Below, one piece after another: positions 9,089 through 19,687 of a DNA stretch of 64,000 bases. The notes beneath the pieces were generated by a model that saw only the letters and a list, made by a program, of their open reading frames with translations, ran no database searches and had not been told where the DNA came from. Source of the stretch: an uncultured Flavobacteriales bacterium (lineage in GTDB: Bacteria; Bacteroidota; Bacteroidia; Flavobacteriales; BACL11); contig CAJXYM010000005.1 in NCBI GenBank assembly GCA_913063045.1, positions 25,248 through 89,247 of the forward strand, written 5' to 3'. The position numbers and the translations under genes were made by a program. Numbering within the stretch: the first letter of the stretch is position 1; each line of letters starts with the position of its first letter.

Positions 9089-9265
9089 AGAAGACTTATG
9101 TTCTTCTCCTTTTTTTCTGTGCCCAAACATTAATGTTACCCAGGTTACCAAGAAAAGAAAAATTACTAAAATATAAAGGTAGTTTATCTTGTTGCCTATT
9201 AGCGGAATAAACTCGAAAGTAAAAGTAAAAAAATCACCAATAGCTTTCCAAAATGATGTCATCAT
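9083..9265 (-). CDS. Small membrane protein, unknown function
   Basis: 60-aa ORF with one strong TM segment (YLYILVIFLFLVTWVTLMF) and a basic tail. It overlaps the purD 3' end by 6 nt. Coding status is not proven. Confidence 0.4.
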   Translation of the reverse strand: MMTSFWKAIGDFFTFTFEFIPLIGNKINYLYILVIFLFLVTWVTLMFGHRKKGEEHKSSL

Positions 9266-9296
9266 AATAATTTAATTTTGATTTTTCAAATTTATA

Positions 9297-9304
9297 TATT
9301 TTTG
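9297..9304 (+). promoter_or_regulatory. -7 promoter box (TATTTTTG)
   Basis: Ends 8 nt upstream of ATG 9313. Confidence 0.3.
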
Positions 9305-9312
9305 TTTACAAT

Positions 9313-10248
9313 ATGATTATAAAAGAATTAATAAACCCAAAGCCTAAAGCAATTGTTATTTTTATTGTTTTCTCATTATTATTTTTTCTTACCCCACTAT
9401 TAAGAAATGGCTTTTTAGACACTTTCAGCATAGAACATATAAGCCCAATTATATTATTCATTGTTTCATTATTAATAGTTCCTGCTCATGCAATAGGATT
9501 AAATAACTTGATATATGAAAATAATATAATAAAAAAAGAAAATATTATTATTAGCTTTATTTTTGTGCTACTTAATTCCTTTTATTTAACATCGATAAAT
9601 AATTTAATTTGTAGTTTTTTTTTATTATTCGTTATTAATTTTTTGTTCACTACATACCAAAAAGAAAACCCTTTTTATGAGGTTTTTAATGCATGTCTAA
9701 TTTTAGGTATATTAACATATGTCAATCCTTTAATGATTTTTTATTTAGGGCTAATTATTTATACCGCAATAATTTTCAACTATATATCTTGGCGAATATT
9801 ATTTGTTGGATTTTTAGCTTATATCATTCCATTTATTTTACATTTTTTATTCTGTATAATTTCTGATAATGTTTTTACTTTTCCGGAAATAGAATCTACG
9901 ATAAATCTAATAACTATTAAAAGTATTGAAAAGTTTCATACTCATGAAATACTATTTTTAGCTTCATTAGGAGTCACTTCATTATTGTCCTTATATGAAT
10001 TTATAGCATGGGTATATAAAAAAAGTATCAGATCTAGAAAATCTTTTTTTGTTCTCACATTTTATATGCTAATCTCAGGCTTAATTTATATATACATAGA
10101 TAAACAAAGTTGGTATTTGATGCTCACACCCTCTTGTATATTTATTTCAAATTATTTCACATATACTAAGCACAAATTAATAGCAAATATTACCTTCACA
10201 GTATTATTAATTAGTTCATGTTGTTATAGGTATCTGATTATAATTTAA
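9313..10248 (+). CDS. Polytopic membrane protein, unknown function
   Basis: 311 aa, about 8-9 hydrophobic segments, and no catalytic motif that I recognise. Confidence 0.6.
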   Translation: MIIKELINPKPKAIVIFIVFSLLFFLTPLLRNGFLDTFSIEHISPIILFIVSLLIVPAHAIGLNNLIYENNIIKKENIIISFIFVLLNSFYLTSINNLICSFFLLFVINFLFTTYQKENPFYEVFNACLILGILTYVNPLMIFYLGLIIYTAIIFNYISWRILFVGFLAYIIPFILHFLFCIISDNVFTFPEIESTINLITIKSIEKFHTHEILFLASLGVTSLLSLYEFIAWVYKKSIRSRKSFFVLTFYMLISGLIYIYIDKQSWYLMLTPSCIFISNYFTYTKHKLIANITFTVLLISSCCYRYLIII

Positions 10249-10252
10249 TATG

Positions 10253-10260
10253 TAAATTTG
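10253..10260 (+). promoter_or_regulatory. -7 promoter box (TAAATTTG)
   Basis: Ends 14 nt upstream of ATG 10275. Confidence 0.3.
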
Positions 10261-10274
10261 CTAAAAAATTAATT

Positions 10275-10967
10275 ATGAAGTTTGGCGTTGTTGTTTTTCC
10301 TGGTTCTAATTGCGACAAAGACATGATCTATGTCTTAGAAAAAATTTTAAAACAAGATGTTATTGAATTGTGGCATAAGGACCGTGAACTTAAGAATTGT
10401 GATTTTATTATTTTACCAGGAGGGTTTTCTTTTGGGGATTATTTAAGGTCTGGAGCAATTGCAAAATTCTCTCCGATTATGCAGGAAATTATAAAATTTG
10501 CAAATTCAGGAGGTTATGTTTTAGGAATCTGCAATGGTTTTCAAATTTTAACAGAAAGCGGTTTACTTCCGGGAGCTTTATTGCATAACGATAGCCATAA
10601 GTTTATTTGCAAAAACACTTATCTAAAAACAATTTCAAAAGAAAGCTTACTTACAAGCTTATATGATGATAAAGCTTTAAAAATACCAATAGCTCACGGT
10701 GAGGGAAAGTTCTATGCTGATAAAGAAACTATGAAATCGCTGATTGATAATGATCAGGTTTTATTTCAATACTGTGATGAAAATGGAGAAATTGATAATA
10801 ATTCTAACCCTAATGGATCACTTGAAAACATTGCCGGAATATGTAATTTAAATCGCAATGTGTTTGGAATGATGCCACACCCGGAAAGAGCATCAGATAT
10901 TGAGCTAAATAATATTGATGGGTTAAAACTTTTTAAAAGTATTATCACTAACATCCAAAAATCCTAG
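10275..10967 (+). CDS. purQ: Phosphoribosylformylglycinamidine synthase, glutaminase subunit
   Basis: MKFGVVVFPGSNCD start, nucleophile elbow GICNGFQIL, and C-terminal MPHPER. Confidence 0.9.
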   Translation: MKFGVVVFPGSNCDKDMIYVLEKILKQDVIELWHKDRELKNCDFIILPGGFSFGDYLRSGAIAKFSPIMQEIIKFANSGGYVLGICNGFQILTESGLLPGALLHNDSHKFICKNTYLKTISKESLLTSLYDDKALKIPIAHGEGKFYADKETMKSLIDNDQVLFQYCDENGEIDNNSNPNGSLENIAGICNLNRNVFGMMPHPERASDIELNNIDGLKLFKSIITNIQKS

Positions 10968-10990
10968 AAAAGAAATAATTAAAATAGACT

Positions 10991-12034
10991 ATGAAAAGAA
11001 TAATTTATTTTCTATTTTTATTTGTTTATGGATGTGCCAATATGATTGCTCCTTCTGGAGGGCTAAAAGATGAATCTCCACCAAATTTAACTAAGGTATC
11101 TCCATCTAACTATCAAAAAAACTCGCAACTAAAATCCATCGCATTTATATTTGATGAAAATATTGCGGAAAATAATTTAAAGCAAAAAATATTTAGCAGT
11201 CCTCCGTTAGAAAAAATTACACATAAAATAAATGGAAATAAGCTTGAACTATTTTTAGAATACGATAAATTTAAAGAAGCCACATATCATCTTAATTTTA
11301 ATTCTGGAATAAAGGATATCAATGAAGGGAATATTACAAGTGAGCTGGACTATGTTTTCTCAACATATAATACAATTGATACATTAAGTTTTAGCGGGAG
11401 AGTTGTGGATGCATTTAGCGGTTTAAATACAGAAAATGTTTGGCTTCTTTTATATGAAACAACAATTAACGACACATTAGTCTTTGATAAAAAACCATTT
11501 TATATAAGTAAGTCTGATAGTATTGGTGATTTCAGTTTTAATAACTTAAAAAATCTTGACTATAATTTGTTTGCCTTAAATGGTAATGACCTTCAATATT
11601 CTGCTGGTGAAAAAATTGGTTTTAAGAAAAAACCTATTTCATCATTAAAAAATAATTCAACAATCTATTTATTTGATCCTTATTTTAATTTTGACTCAAT
11701 TAAAATTGAAAATAACTTAAAGATAGACTCTGTGTCTAAGACGGGAAATCTTTTAATTAATCTTAAAAAAGCAGAGCCTGTAATAATATTACTTTATAAG
11801 AATGATGAAGTCATGTACTTAAGAAGTTTTAATGACTCAATCTGCCGAATAAACAATATTAGTACAGGTGAGTATTCTGTTAAAATAATTATTGACACAA
11901 ATAATAATCAAAAATGGGATAATGGAAATTTTAAGAAAAAAGAAAATCCAGAAAAATCATATATCTATAATGAAAAAATAAATATTCGAGAAAATTGGGA
12001 TTTAAATATTGATTGTGAAATTAATGGAGACTAA
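10991..12034 (+). CDS. Lipoprotein with an Ig-like (SbsA/Big-type) N-terminal domain
   Basis: Lipobox LFVYGC. CANMIAPSGGLKDESPP is typical of Bacteroidota Ig-like-domain lipoproteins. Confidence 0.55.
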   Translation: MKRIIYFLFLFVYGCANMIAPSGGLKDESPPNLTKVSPSNYQKNSQLKSIAFIFDENIAENNLKQKIFSSPPLEKITHKINGNKLELFLEYDKFKEATYHLNFNSGIKDINEGNITSELDYVFSTYNTIDTLSFSGRVVDAFSGLNTENVWLLLYETTINDTLVFDKKPFYISKSDSIGDFSFNNLKNLDYNLFALNGNDLQYSAGEKIGFKKKPISSLKNNSTIYLFDPYFNFDSIKIENNLKIDSVSKTGNLLINLKKAEPVIILLYKNDEVMYLRSFNDSICRINNISTGEYSVKIIIDTNNNQKWDNGNFKKKENPEKSYIYNEKINIRENWDLNIDCEINGD

Positions 12035-12797
12035 AACTATCTCTATCTTTTAAAAAACTCATTTGTCTTCTACGTAAACTAAGTTTTTCCTTTGAGAGAA
12101 CAATTGTTTTAACAGTATTTTTTTGATCCCCAAGAGTTAAAATTTTTTGCCCAAATGAATTATAAACATTGGATTCTCCTGGAAAATTAATTCCTGAATT
12201 ATCAACTCCAATTCTATTAACTCCGACAGATATACATTGATTTTCAATTGCTCGCGCTTTCAATAATATGTTCCAAGCGTCAATTCGTTTTTCAGGCCAG
12301 CTTGATAAAAAAACTAAAACATCATATTCATCATTATTTCTACAAAAAACCGGAAAACGTAAGTCATAACAGATTAAAGGACAAATCCTCCATCCGGATT
12401 GCTCAATGATAATTTTTTTATTGCCTTTATGAATTGTTTTTTCCTCTTTAGCTAAAGAAAAAAGATGACTTTTATCGTATGATAACAATGACCCATTCTC
12501 AAATACCCAAATTAATCTATTATATACTTTACCCTTATCATTAACCATTAAGGTTCCTGAAATAGAACATTTTTTTTTCTTAGCAATTGATTTCATCCAT
12601 GAAATTGTTGGCCCATTCATATCTTCAGATAAATCAATATTAGATGGAGAAAATGAAGTGTTAAACATTTCTGGAAGTAAAATAATATCAGTCTTGTCTA
12701 TTTTTGATATTAAATCATCAAATAAACTAATATTCTTTTTTTTATTTAACCAAAAAAGATCTGCTTGTATGAGAGATATTTGCAAAAATTCTTTCAC
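12021..12797 (-). CDS. Carbon-nitrogen hydrolase (nitrilase superfamily, omega-amidase-like)
   Basis: LPEMFNTSF (catalytic Glu), a lysine block, and ICYDLRFP (catalytic Cys). 258 aa. Confidence 0.8.
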   Translation of the reverse strand: MKEFLQISLIQADLFWLNKKKNISLFDDLISKIDKTDIILLPEMFNTSFSPSNIDLSEDMNGPTISWMKSIAKKKKCSISGTLMVNDKGKVYNRLIWVFENGSLLSYDKSHLFSLAKEEKTIHKGNKKIIIEQSGWRICPLICYDLRFPVFCRNNDEYDVLVFLSSWPEKRIDAWNILLKARAIENQCISVGVNRIGVDNSGINFPGESNVYNSFGQKILTLGDQKNTVKTIVLSKEKLSLRRRQMSFLKDRDSFSLH

Positions 12798-12826
12798 TTT
12801 TAAAAATTTTAATGAAAATTGACAAC

Positions 12827-13582
12827 TTATTTTTTTTCAGAGCTTATAGTTGCAGCAATATACTCTCTATTCATTCTGGCAATATATTCTAATGATATTC
12901 CTTTTGGACATTCTACCTCACAAGCACCGGTATTAGTACAGTTTCCAAACCCCTCTTTATCCATTTGATTGACCATATTAATAACTCGGTCTTTAGCCTC
13001 AACCTCACCTTGAGGCAGGTATGAGTATTGAGAAACTTTTGCTGCTACAAATAACATTGCTGATGAATTCTTACATGTAGCAACGCAGGCAGCGCAACCG
13101 ATACAGGCGGCGGCATCAAATGCTTTATCAGCATTAATTTTTGGAATAGGAACAGCGTTTGCATCTTGAGTATTTCCAGATGTATTAACCGAAATAAAAC
13201 CACCAGCTTGTTGTATTCTATCAAATGCGCTTCTATCAACAACTAAATCTTTAATTACCGGCATAGAGCCTGATCTCCAAGGTTCAATATAAATCGTCTC
13301 TCCATCCTTAAAAGATCTCATGTGCAATTGACATGTAGTTGTTCCTCTTGCTGGTCCGTGAGCTTGTCCGTTAATAAACATTGAACACATACCACATATA
13401 CCCTCTCTACAATCATGATCAAATGCTACAGGTTCTTTCCCATCATTTATTAAATTATCATTTAAGACATCCATCATTTCTAAAAAAGAAGAATCTGCTG
13501 AAACATTAGAGATAGGGTAAGTTTCAATCTTACCTTTTGCCTTACTGTCTTTTTGTCTCCAAACTTTTAATGTTAAATCCAT
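12827..13582 (-). CDS. sdhB: Succinate dehydrogenase/fumarate reductase iron-sulfur subunit
   Basis: Cys clusters [22 protein letters not shown] and [12 protein letters not shown]. Confidence 0.9.
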   Translation of the reverse strand: MDLTLKVWRQKDSKAKGKIETYPISNVSADSSFLEMMDVLNDNLINDGKEPVAFDHDCREGICGMCSMFINGQAHGPARGTTTCQLHMRSFKDGETIYIEPWRSGSMPVIKDLVVDRSAFDRIQQAGGFISVNTSGNTQDANAVPIPKINADKAFDAAACIGCAACVATCKNSSAMLFVAAKVSQYSYLPQGEVEAKDRVINMVNQMDKEGFGNCTNTGACEVECPKGISLEYIARMNREYIAATISSEKK

Positions 13583-13587
13583 AAATG

Positions 13588-15588
13588 CTATTTATATGAT
13601 CTTTGTTTAAGTTCTATATCATTAAATTCTAAGTGTTCCTTGTGAAGAATAGCGTCAGAAGGTTCTCCTACAAACTCCCAGGCAGAAGTAAATGCAAAGT
13701 CTTTATCATTTCTTAAAGCCTCCCCTTCTTCAGTTTGTGATTCTTCTCTAAAATGACCTCCAGCTGATTCTGTTCTCTCTAATGCATCTTTAGCAAAAAG
13801 CTCTCCTAGTTCTAAAAAATCAGCTACTCTTCCTGCTTTGTCAAGTTCTGTATTCATTTCATTTTGAGTACCAGGGATTCTTACATTAGTCCAAAACTCA
13901 TCACGAATATTCTTGATTTCACTTATAGCATGCTCTAATCCTTCTTTATTTCTCGCCATTCCTGCAAATTCCCACATTATCTTGCCTAACTTCTTATGAA
14001 AATAATCAACAGATTTTTTCCCATTGATATTCATTAATTTATCTATAGTACTTTTTACTTTTTCTTCAGCAACATCAAACTCTTTTGTCTTTGTTGAGAT
14101 TGGCCCTGTTCTAATATCATTAGCTAAAAAGTCTCCTATTGTATATGGTAAAACAAAATACCCATCAGCCAACCCTTGCATAAGAGCGGAGGCCCCAAGT
14201 CTATTTGCTCCATGGTCTGAAAAATTAGCTTCTCCAATACAATAACAGCCAGGAATAGTGGTCATTAAATTATAGTCTACCCAAACACCCCCCATAGTGT
14301 AATGAACAGCTGGATAAATCATCATTGGAGTTTTATACGGATTTTCAGCAACAATTTTCTCATACATCTCAAACAGGTTTCCATATTTTTGCTCTACAAC
14401 CTTCTCTCCTAATTCGATAATCTTATCTAATGTAGGGCTTGTAACTCCCGTTATTAGCGCTTTTTCTTTTCCATATCTTTCAATAGCTGCAGAGAAGTCA
14501 AGATACACTGCCTCGCCAGTTGAATTTACCCCGTATCCTTGGTCACATCTTTCTTTTGCGGCTCTAGATGCAACATCCCTAGGAACTAAATTTCCAAATG
14601 CAGGATACCTTCTTTCTAAATAATAATCTCTATCCTCTTCTTTTAAATCTGTAGGCTTTAGCTTCTTATTTCTTATTAAATCTGCGTCTTCTAAATTTTT
14701 TGGCACCCAAATTCTACCATCATTTCTTAAAGACTCTGACATTAGTGTTAACTTAGATTGATGATCTCCAGATCTGGGAATACATGTGGGATGTATTTGT
14801 GTATAACATGGATTAGCAAAAAAAGCTCCGTTCCTATGAATCTTCCAAGTTGCAGATGTATTTGACCCCATTGCATTAGTTGATAAAAAGAAAACATTTC
14901 CATAACCACCGCTGGCAATTACAACTGCATGAGCAGAATGTCTCTCTATTTCACCAGTTATTAGATTTCTAGCTATTATCCCTCTGGCTTTACCATCAAC
15001 TTTTACCAAGTCAACCATTTCATGTCTATTAAACATTTGAATCTTACCTTTACCTATTTGACGATTCATGGCTGAATAAGCCCCTAAAAGTAGTTGCTGA
15101 CCTGTTTGTCCACGAGCGTAAAATGTTCTTGAAACTAGTACACCTCCAAAAGACCTATTATCTAATAAACCTCCATAATCTCGGGCAAAAGGGACACCTT
15201 GAGCGACACATTGATCAATAATATTTACAGAAACTTCTGCAAGCCTATAAACATTAGCCTCGCGAGCTCTATAATCACCTCCTTTAACAGTATCATAAAA
15301 CAATCTGTATATAGAATCTCCGTCATTTTGATAGTTCTTGGCAGCATTTATTCCTCCTTGCGCCGCAATAGAATGAGCTCTTCTAGGAGAGTCTTGGTAA
15401 CAAAATGCTTTTACATTATAACCCATTTCAGCTAGCGAAGCAGATGCAGAACCTCCAGCTAGACCAGTTCCAACAACAATAACATCTATATTTCTTTTAT
15501 TAGCAGGGCCAACAACATTAATCTCATTTTTATGATTTGTCCATTTATCCTTTATAGGCCCTTCAGGTATTTTTGCATCTAAAATCAT
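13588..15588 (-). CDS. sdhA: Succinate dehydrogenase/fumarate reductase flavoprotein subunit
   Basis: FAD fold [29 protein letters not shown] (covalent-FAD His region) and [10 protein letters not shown]. 666 aa. Confidence 0.95.
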   Translation of the reverse strand: MILDAKIPEGPIKDKWTNHKNEINVVGPANKRNIDVIVVGTGLAGGSASASLAEMGYNVKAFCYQDSPRRAHSIAAQGGINAAKNYQNDGDSIYRLFYDTVKGGDYRAREANVYRLAEVSVNIIDQCVAQGVPFARDYGGLLDNRSFGGVLVSRTFYARGQTGQQLLLGAYSAMNRQIGKGKIQMFNRHEMVDLVKVDGKARGIIARNLITGEIERHSAHAVVIASGGYGNVFFLSTNAMGSNTSATWKIHRNGAFFANPCYTQIHPTCIPRSGDHQSKLTLMSESLRNDGRIWVPKNLEDADLIRNKKLKPTDLKEEDRDYYLERRYPAFGNLVPRDVASRAAKERCDQGYGVNSTGEAVYLDFSAAIERYGKEKALITGVTSPTLDKIIELGEKVVEQKYGNLFEMYEKIVAENPYKTPMMIYPAVHYTMGGVWVDYNLMTTIPGCYCIGEANFSDHGANRLGASALMQGLADGYFVLPYTIGDFLANDIRTGPISTKTKEFDVAEEKVKSTIDKLMNINGKKSVDYFHKKLGKIMWEFAGMARNKEGLEHAISEIKNIRDEFWTNVRIPGTQNEMNTELDKAGRVADFLELGELFAKDALERTESAGGHFREESQTEEGEALRNDKDFAFTSAWEFVGEPSDAILHKEHLEFNDIELKQRSYK

Positions 15589-16239
15589 TTATTTAAAAGG
15601 GTATTGATTAATAAAATGAAATATAGCAATTGTAGAAAAACCGAGAGACACAAAAATGCTATACGCGGTTCCAACTAGCTGTATTGTAGGGTTATATTTT
15701 TTATGATTTGCACCAACAGATTGAAAAGCTGATTTAAATCCATGATTTAAATGCAGACCTAATACAATAAATGAAATTACATAAACAGCAGTATATATTG
15801 GATTAGAAAAAAGGTTAACAACAAGATCATAATCAGTTGTCCCTTCAGGTAAGCCAACAAACTTTATTTGATAAAAATAATCTCTTAAGTGCAAACATAA
15901 AAACACTAAAACAAGACCTCCAGAAATAATCATAGACCTAGAAGAAACATCTGCATTTTTACTTGACTGATTGTAAACATAATTTTGTGGTCTGGCTTTC
16001 TTGTTTTGAATAGTCAATTTAATTCCCATTCCAATATGTAAAATAAAACCTAAAGCTAAAACATACTGCATTAAATATATTACAGGATTAGTGGCCATAA
16101 AATGAGCTGCAACATTAAACAGTTCTTTATCTGCTGAAAGAGTAAGTGAATTAATTACAAGATGAGTAATTAAAAAGATAATTAAAAAGAGGCCCGAAAG
16201 GGCCATAATAAATTTTCTAACTATTGAAGATAATTCCAT
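15589..16239 (-). CDS. sdhC: Succinate dehydrogenase cytochrome b subunit (single-subunit b558 type)
   Basis: 216 aa with five TM segments carrying conserved His residues. It sits immediately upstream of sdhA with no gap. Confidence 0.8.
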   Translation of the reverse strand: MELSSIVRKFIMALSGLFLIIFLITHLVINSLTLSADKELFNVAAHFMATNPVIYLMQYVLALGFILHIGMGIKLTIQNKKARPQNYVYNQSSKNADVSSRSMIISGGLVLVFLCLHLRDYFYQIKFVGLPEGTTDYDLVVNLFSNPIYTAVYVISFIVLGLHLNHGFKSAFQSVGANHKKYNPTIQLVGTAYSIFVSLGFSTIAIFHFINQYPFK

Positions 16240-16261
16240 TTAATTTGAAAAGTATTTTTGA

Positions 16262-16269
16262 CAAAGATA
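16262..16269 (-). promoter_or_regulatory. -7 promoter box (TATCTTTG on the minus strand) for sdhCAB
   Basis: Ends 22 nt upstream of the minus-strand ATG at 16239. Confidence 0.4.
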
Positions 16270-16339
16270 TGACTCGTTTAGCACAAAAACAACAATAATT
16301 AGTAATTCAGAACCATTATAGATAAAGTAAGTTTTTTTA

Positions 16340-16347
16340 TAACTTTG
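16340..16347 (+). promoter_or_regulatory. -7 promoter box (TAACTTTG)
   Basis: Ends 17 nt upstream of ATG 16365. Confidence 0.4.
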
Positions 16348-16364
16348 AACAAAAGAAAACAAAT

Positions 16365-17648
16365 ATGAAATATCATAAACTTAATGCGGGATTATTTATT
16401 AAAAACAGAGATCTTCTCTGTAATAAACTTTCAAACAACTCAATTGCTATTTTTAATTCTAATGATGTAATGCCAACAAACTCTGATGGAACAATGCCTT
16501 TTAAGCAAAATAGCGATCTATTTTGGCTGACAGGTGTCGATCAAGAAGAAAGTGTTTTTGTTATTATAAAAAAAGAAAATACCGTTGAAGAAATTCTATT
16601 CCTAAAAGAAACAAATGATCTCATTGCTGTTTGGGAAGGAGCTAAACTTTCAAAAAAACAAGCTATTGATAATTCTGGAGTGCAAAAAGTTTATTGGTTG
16701 ACAGAAATGGATAAAATAATAGCACAGAACATCTCAGAAACAGATGTATTATACTTAAATAAAAACATCCACAAGAGAGCAACATTAGAAGTTCAAACAA
16801 GAGATGATAGGTTTAGAAATACTATAAAAACTAAATTTCCAAATAAAAAAATATCAGAAATTGCTCCACTAATGCATTCTTTAAGATTTGTTAAGTCTGA
16901 ATTTGAAATAGAATTAATTCAAAATGCTTGTAATATTACTGAAAAGGGGCTTAGAAGAATCTTACCATTAATAAAACCTGGTATAATGGAATATGAAATT
17001 GAGGCAGAATTAATGCATGAGTTTTTATCAAATAGATCTGCCGGTTTTGCGTATCAGCCAATTATAGGCTCAGGTCTAAATTCATGTGTGTTACATTATA
17101 TCGAAAATAACCAGAAATGCAAAGAAGGAGAAATTCTGTTAATGGATTTTGGAGCAGAATATGCAAATTATGCTTCCGATTTAACAAGAACTGTTCCTGT
17201 AAGTGGTAAGTTTTCTAAACGACAAAAAGATGTTTACAATTCTGTTTTACGAGTAATGAAAGAAGCTACAAATATGTTAAGACCAGGAACAGATCATGCT
17301 AAAATGCAAAAAGAAGTAGTACGTATAATGGAACATGAACTTATTCATTTAGGTCTTTTTGATGCACAAGACCTTAAAAATCAAGATCAAAATAACCCTC
17401 TCTACAAAAAATACTTTATGCACGGAACTTGCCACTCATTAGGGCTAGATGTTCATGATGTAGGTGATGCAAAAACACCAATGACTGAAGGAATGGTATT
17501 TACTTGTGAACCTGGGATTTATATTCAAGAAGAAAAACTTGGTATTAGACTTGAAAATGATATTCTTATCACTAGTGATTCTCCTAAAGATTTAATGCAA
17601 AACATACCAATTGAAGCGAATGAGATTGAGGATTTAATGAGGGGTTAG
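16365..17648 (+). CDS. pepP: Xaa-Pro aminopeptidase (M24B family)
   Basis: Creatinase-like N-domain followed by a pita-bread fold with metal ligands (LMDFGAEYANYASDLTRT, HGTCHSLGLDVHD, EPGIY...RLEND). Confidence 0.85.
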   Translation: MKYHKLNAGLFIKNRDLLCNKLSNNSIAIFNSNDVMPTNSDGTMPFKQNSDLFWLTGVDQEESVFVIIKKENTVEEILFLKETNDLIAVWEGAKLSKKQAIDNSGVQKVYWLTEMDKIIAQNISETDVLYLNKNIHKRATLEVQTRDDRFRNTIKTKFPNKKISEIAPLMHSLRFVKSEFEIELIQNACNITEKGLRRILPLIKPGIMEYEIEAELMHEFLSNRSAGFAYQPIIGSGLNSCVLHYIENNQKCKEGEILLMDFGAEYANYASDLTRTVPVSGKFSKRQKDVYNSVLRVMKEATNMLRPGTDHAKMQKEVVRIMEHELIHLGLFDAQDLKNQDQNNPLYKKYFMHGTCHSLGLDVHDVGDAKTPMTEGMVFTCEPGIYIQEEKLGIRLENDILITSDSPKDLMQNIPIEANEIEDLMRG

Positions 17649-17652
17649 CAAA

Positions 17653-18195
17653 CTATAACTGCATGTATCTTTTATAGTTAGTTTTATAATAATTATACAT
17701 TATTATAAATGTTCCAGAAAATAGAATTCCATAAATAACAAGATGATTATGAATACTCCTGTAAAATTCAGAATTATTTATTAATAGCCACATGATGGTT
17801 GAAACTAAGCCAGCAAAGATTAAATACCTTACAAGTATATTACCAAGAGAATAGTGTGCTCTTTTATCTTTAAATGAAGGAATTCTGTAGAGAATTGAAA
17901 GTAAATTACTTTTCTTTCCAAAATACATATACGCAATAAAATTACTAAAAGAAAATCCTTTTTCTTTAGGGTAAAGTTTAATAGGGAAAAATGAAATTAG
18001 ATAATAAGTATAGCATGTGTATAAAGTTAATAATGAAATAACTAATAATAGTAAAAACCAGTCAAAGCCAAATAGTGTAACTAATGGATTTGCTTCTTTT
18101 GATAAATCAGGAGTGTGTAAGAAGGTACAATATGCGTCATAGCTTTTAGAAAACAACATCCAAAATATTATTAAAGTAAACTTAACTTTTTTCAT
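17653..18195 (-). CDS. Membrane protein, unknown function
   Basis: 180 aa with 4-5 TM segments and an EANPLV motif after the first segment. Confidence 0.5.
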   Translation of the reverse strand: MKKVKFTLIIFWMLFSKSYDAYCTFLHTPDLSKEANPLVTLFGFDWFLLLLVISLLTLYTCYTYYLISFFPIKLYPKEKGFSFSNFIAYMYFGKKSNLLSILYRIPSFKDKRAHYSLGNILVRYLIFAGLVSTIMWLLINNSEFYRSIHNHLVIYGILFSGTFIIMYNYYKTNYKRYMQL

Positions 18196-18223
18196 TTTAA
18201 AGTTTTAAACTAATACTTGTAAT

Positions 18224-19279
18224 CTATTGTTCTTTTGTGCCATCCCAACCCTGAGCAGTAAGTGGGTGAATGCTTCCGTCATTAGCAATAAAATTGTTCC
18301 CTTCCGAGATATCGGTTACATAACCAACAATAGTAAAATCAGGATCTTTCTTTATTTTTTCATAATCACTTTGATTAATAGAAAATAATAACTCGTAATC
18401 CTCTCCTCCTGATAAAGCACAAAATATTGGGTTTAAATTAAATTCATTTGCAAGGTTCATAATTGTGTAGTCTACAGGTATTTTTTCCTCATGAATACGT
18501 ACACCAACATTTGAAGCTTTCGCAATATGTAAAGCTTCTGAAGATAGGCCGTCAGATATATCTATCATTGCAGTTGGAGTAATCTTTAGATCATTAAGTA
18601 TTTTAATATATTTTGATGGCGGCTCAGGCTTTAGTTGCCTCTCTAAGGCATAGTCATTTCCCGTTAAATCAGGCTGCATAGTAGGGTTTGACTTAAAAAT
18701 CTCTTTTTCTCTTTTTAAAAGTTGTAAGCCAAGATATGCTGCGCCTAAATCTCCAGTTACAACAAGCAAATCATTTGGCTTTGCTCCAGAGCGATAGCTT
18801 ATATTTTTCTTTTTAACACTTCCATAAACACTTACAGATATTATTAGTCCGGATAGTGATGATGTTGTATCTCCTCCAACTAAGTCTATATTATATTTTG
18901 TACATGCTAAATCAATTCCAAGATAAAGTTCTTCAAGCGCCTCAACACTAAATCGATTAGAAGCTGCGATACTAACCGTAACATGGGTTGCTATTCCATT
19001 CATAGCACAAATGTCTGAAACGTTAACCGCTATAGATTTATACCCTAGGTGTTTTAATGGGGAGTAGGAAAGATCAAAATGAACCCCTTCAACTAGCATA
19101 TCAGTGCTTAAAAGCTTATAGTTTTTCAAAGAATCAAAAACAGCGCAATCATCCCCAATACCTTTAATAGTTTCTTTATGTTTAGTCTTAAAACTATTAG
19201 TTAGCTTATCAATTAATGCAAACTCACCCAATGAAGAGATAGGTGTTATATTTATGTCTTTTTTATCGGTTAAACTCAT
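18224..19279 (-). CDS. thiL: Thiamine-monophosphate kinase
   Basis: GIGDDCAV, AVNVSDICAMNG and LVGGDTTSS motifs of the AIR-synthase-related fold. Confidence 0.85.
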   Translation of the reverse strand: MSLTDKKDINITPISSLGEFALIDKLTNSFKTKHKETIKGIGDDCAVFDSLKNYKLLSTDMLVEGVHFDLSYSPLKHLGYKSIAVNVSDICAMNGIATHVTVSIAASNRFSVEALEELYLGIDLACTKYNIDLVGGDTTSSLSGLIISVSVYGSVKKKNISYRSGAKPNDLLVVTGDLGAAYLGLQLLKREKEIFKSNPTMQPDLTGNDYALERQLKPEPPSKYIKILNDLKITPTAMIDISDGLSSEALHIAKASNVGVRIHEEKIPVDYTIMNLANEFNLNPIFCALSGGEDYELLFSINQSDYEKIKKDPDFTIVGYVTDISEGNNFIANDGSIHPLTAQGWDGTKEQ

Positions 19280-19314
19280 AGCGCAAAGATACTGTTTATA
19301 TGTAATTCATTTTG

Positions 19315-19322
19315 TAATTTTG
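19315..19322 (+). promoter_or_regulatory. -7 promoter box (TAATTTTG) for the SUF operon
   Basis: Ends 26 nt upstream of ATG 19349. It abuts the oppositely oriented box at 19323-19330. Confidence 0.4.
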
Positions 19323-19330
19323 CAAAAGTA
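19323..19330 (-). promoter_or_regulatory. -7 promoter box (TACTTTTG on the minus strand) for thiL
   Basis: Ends 43 nt upstream of the minus-strand ATG at 19279. Confidence 0.35.
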
Positions 19331-19348
19331 TACGATAAAAATTTATAA

Positions 19349-19672
19349 ATGATTAACATTAGTGATTCCGCAAGAGATAGATTGCTTCATATAATGGAAC
19401 AGGAAGCAGATAAAAAATCCTTTGTTCGTGTTGGTGTCGAAAGTGGGGGTTGTTCTGGTTTGAGTTATAAATTAGACTTTGATATAGCCAAGAATGATGA
19501 TGATGAATTAATCCAAAAAAATCAAATAAAATTGCTAGTAAACAAAAAAAGCTTTTTATATCTAGTTGGAACAACGCTAGAATTCTCTGATGGATTAAAT
19601 GGTAAGGGATTTGTTTTTAACAACCCAAACGCTAGCAGAACATGTGGCTGCGGAGAAAGTTTTTCACTTTAA
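19349..19672 (+). CDS. sufA: Iron-sulfur cluster insertion protein (HesB/IscA/SufA family)
   Basis: 107 aa with GGCSGLSY and the C-terminal CGCGESF cysteine motif. Confidence 0.85.
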   Translation: MINISDSARDRLLHIMEQEADKKSFVRVGVESGGCSGLSYKLDFDIAKNDDDELIQKNQIKLLVNKKSFLYLVGTTLEFSDGLNGKGFVFNNPNASRTCGCGESFSL

Positions 19673-19687
19673 GAATTTAATTTAATT

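Noticed and set aside
19284-19291. A third TAnnTTTG match (TATCTTTG on the minus strand), 4 nt upstream of the thiL ATG.
   Set aside because: It is possible, but a better-spaced box exists at 19323-19330, and two stacked matches in a 70-nt AT-rich gap cannot both be assumed functional. It is therefore not listed as a feature.
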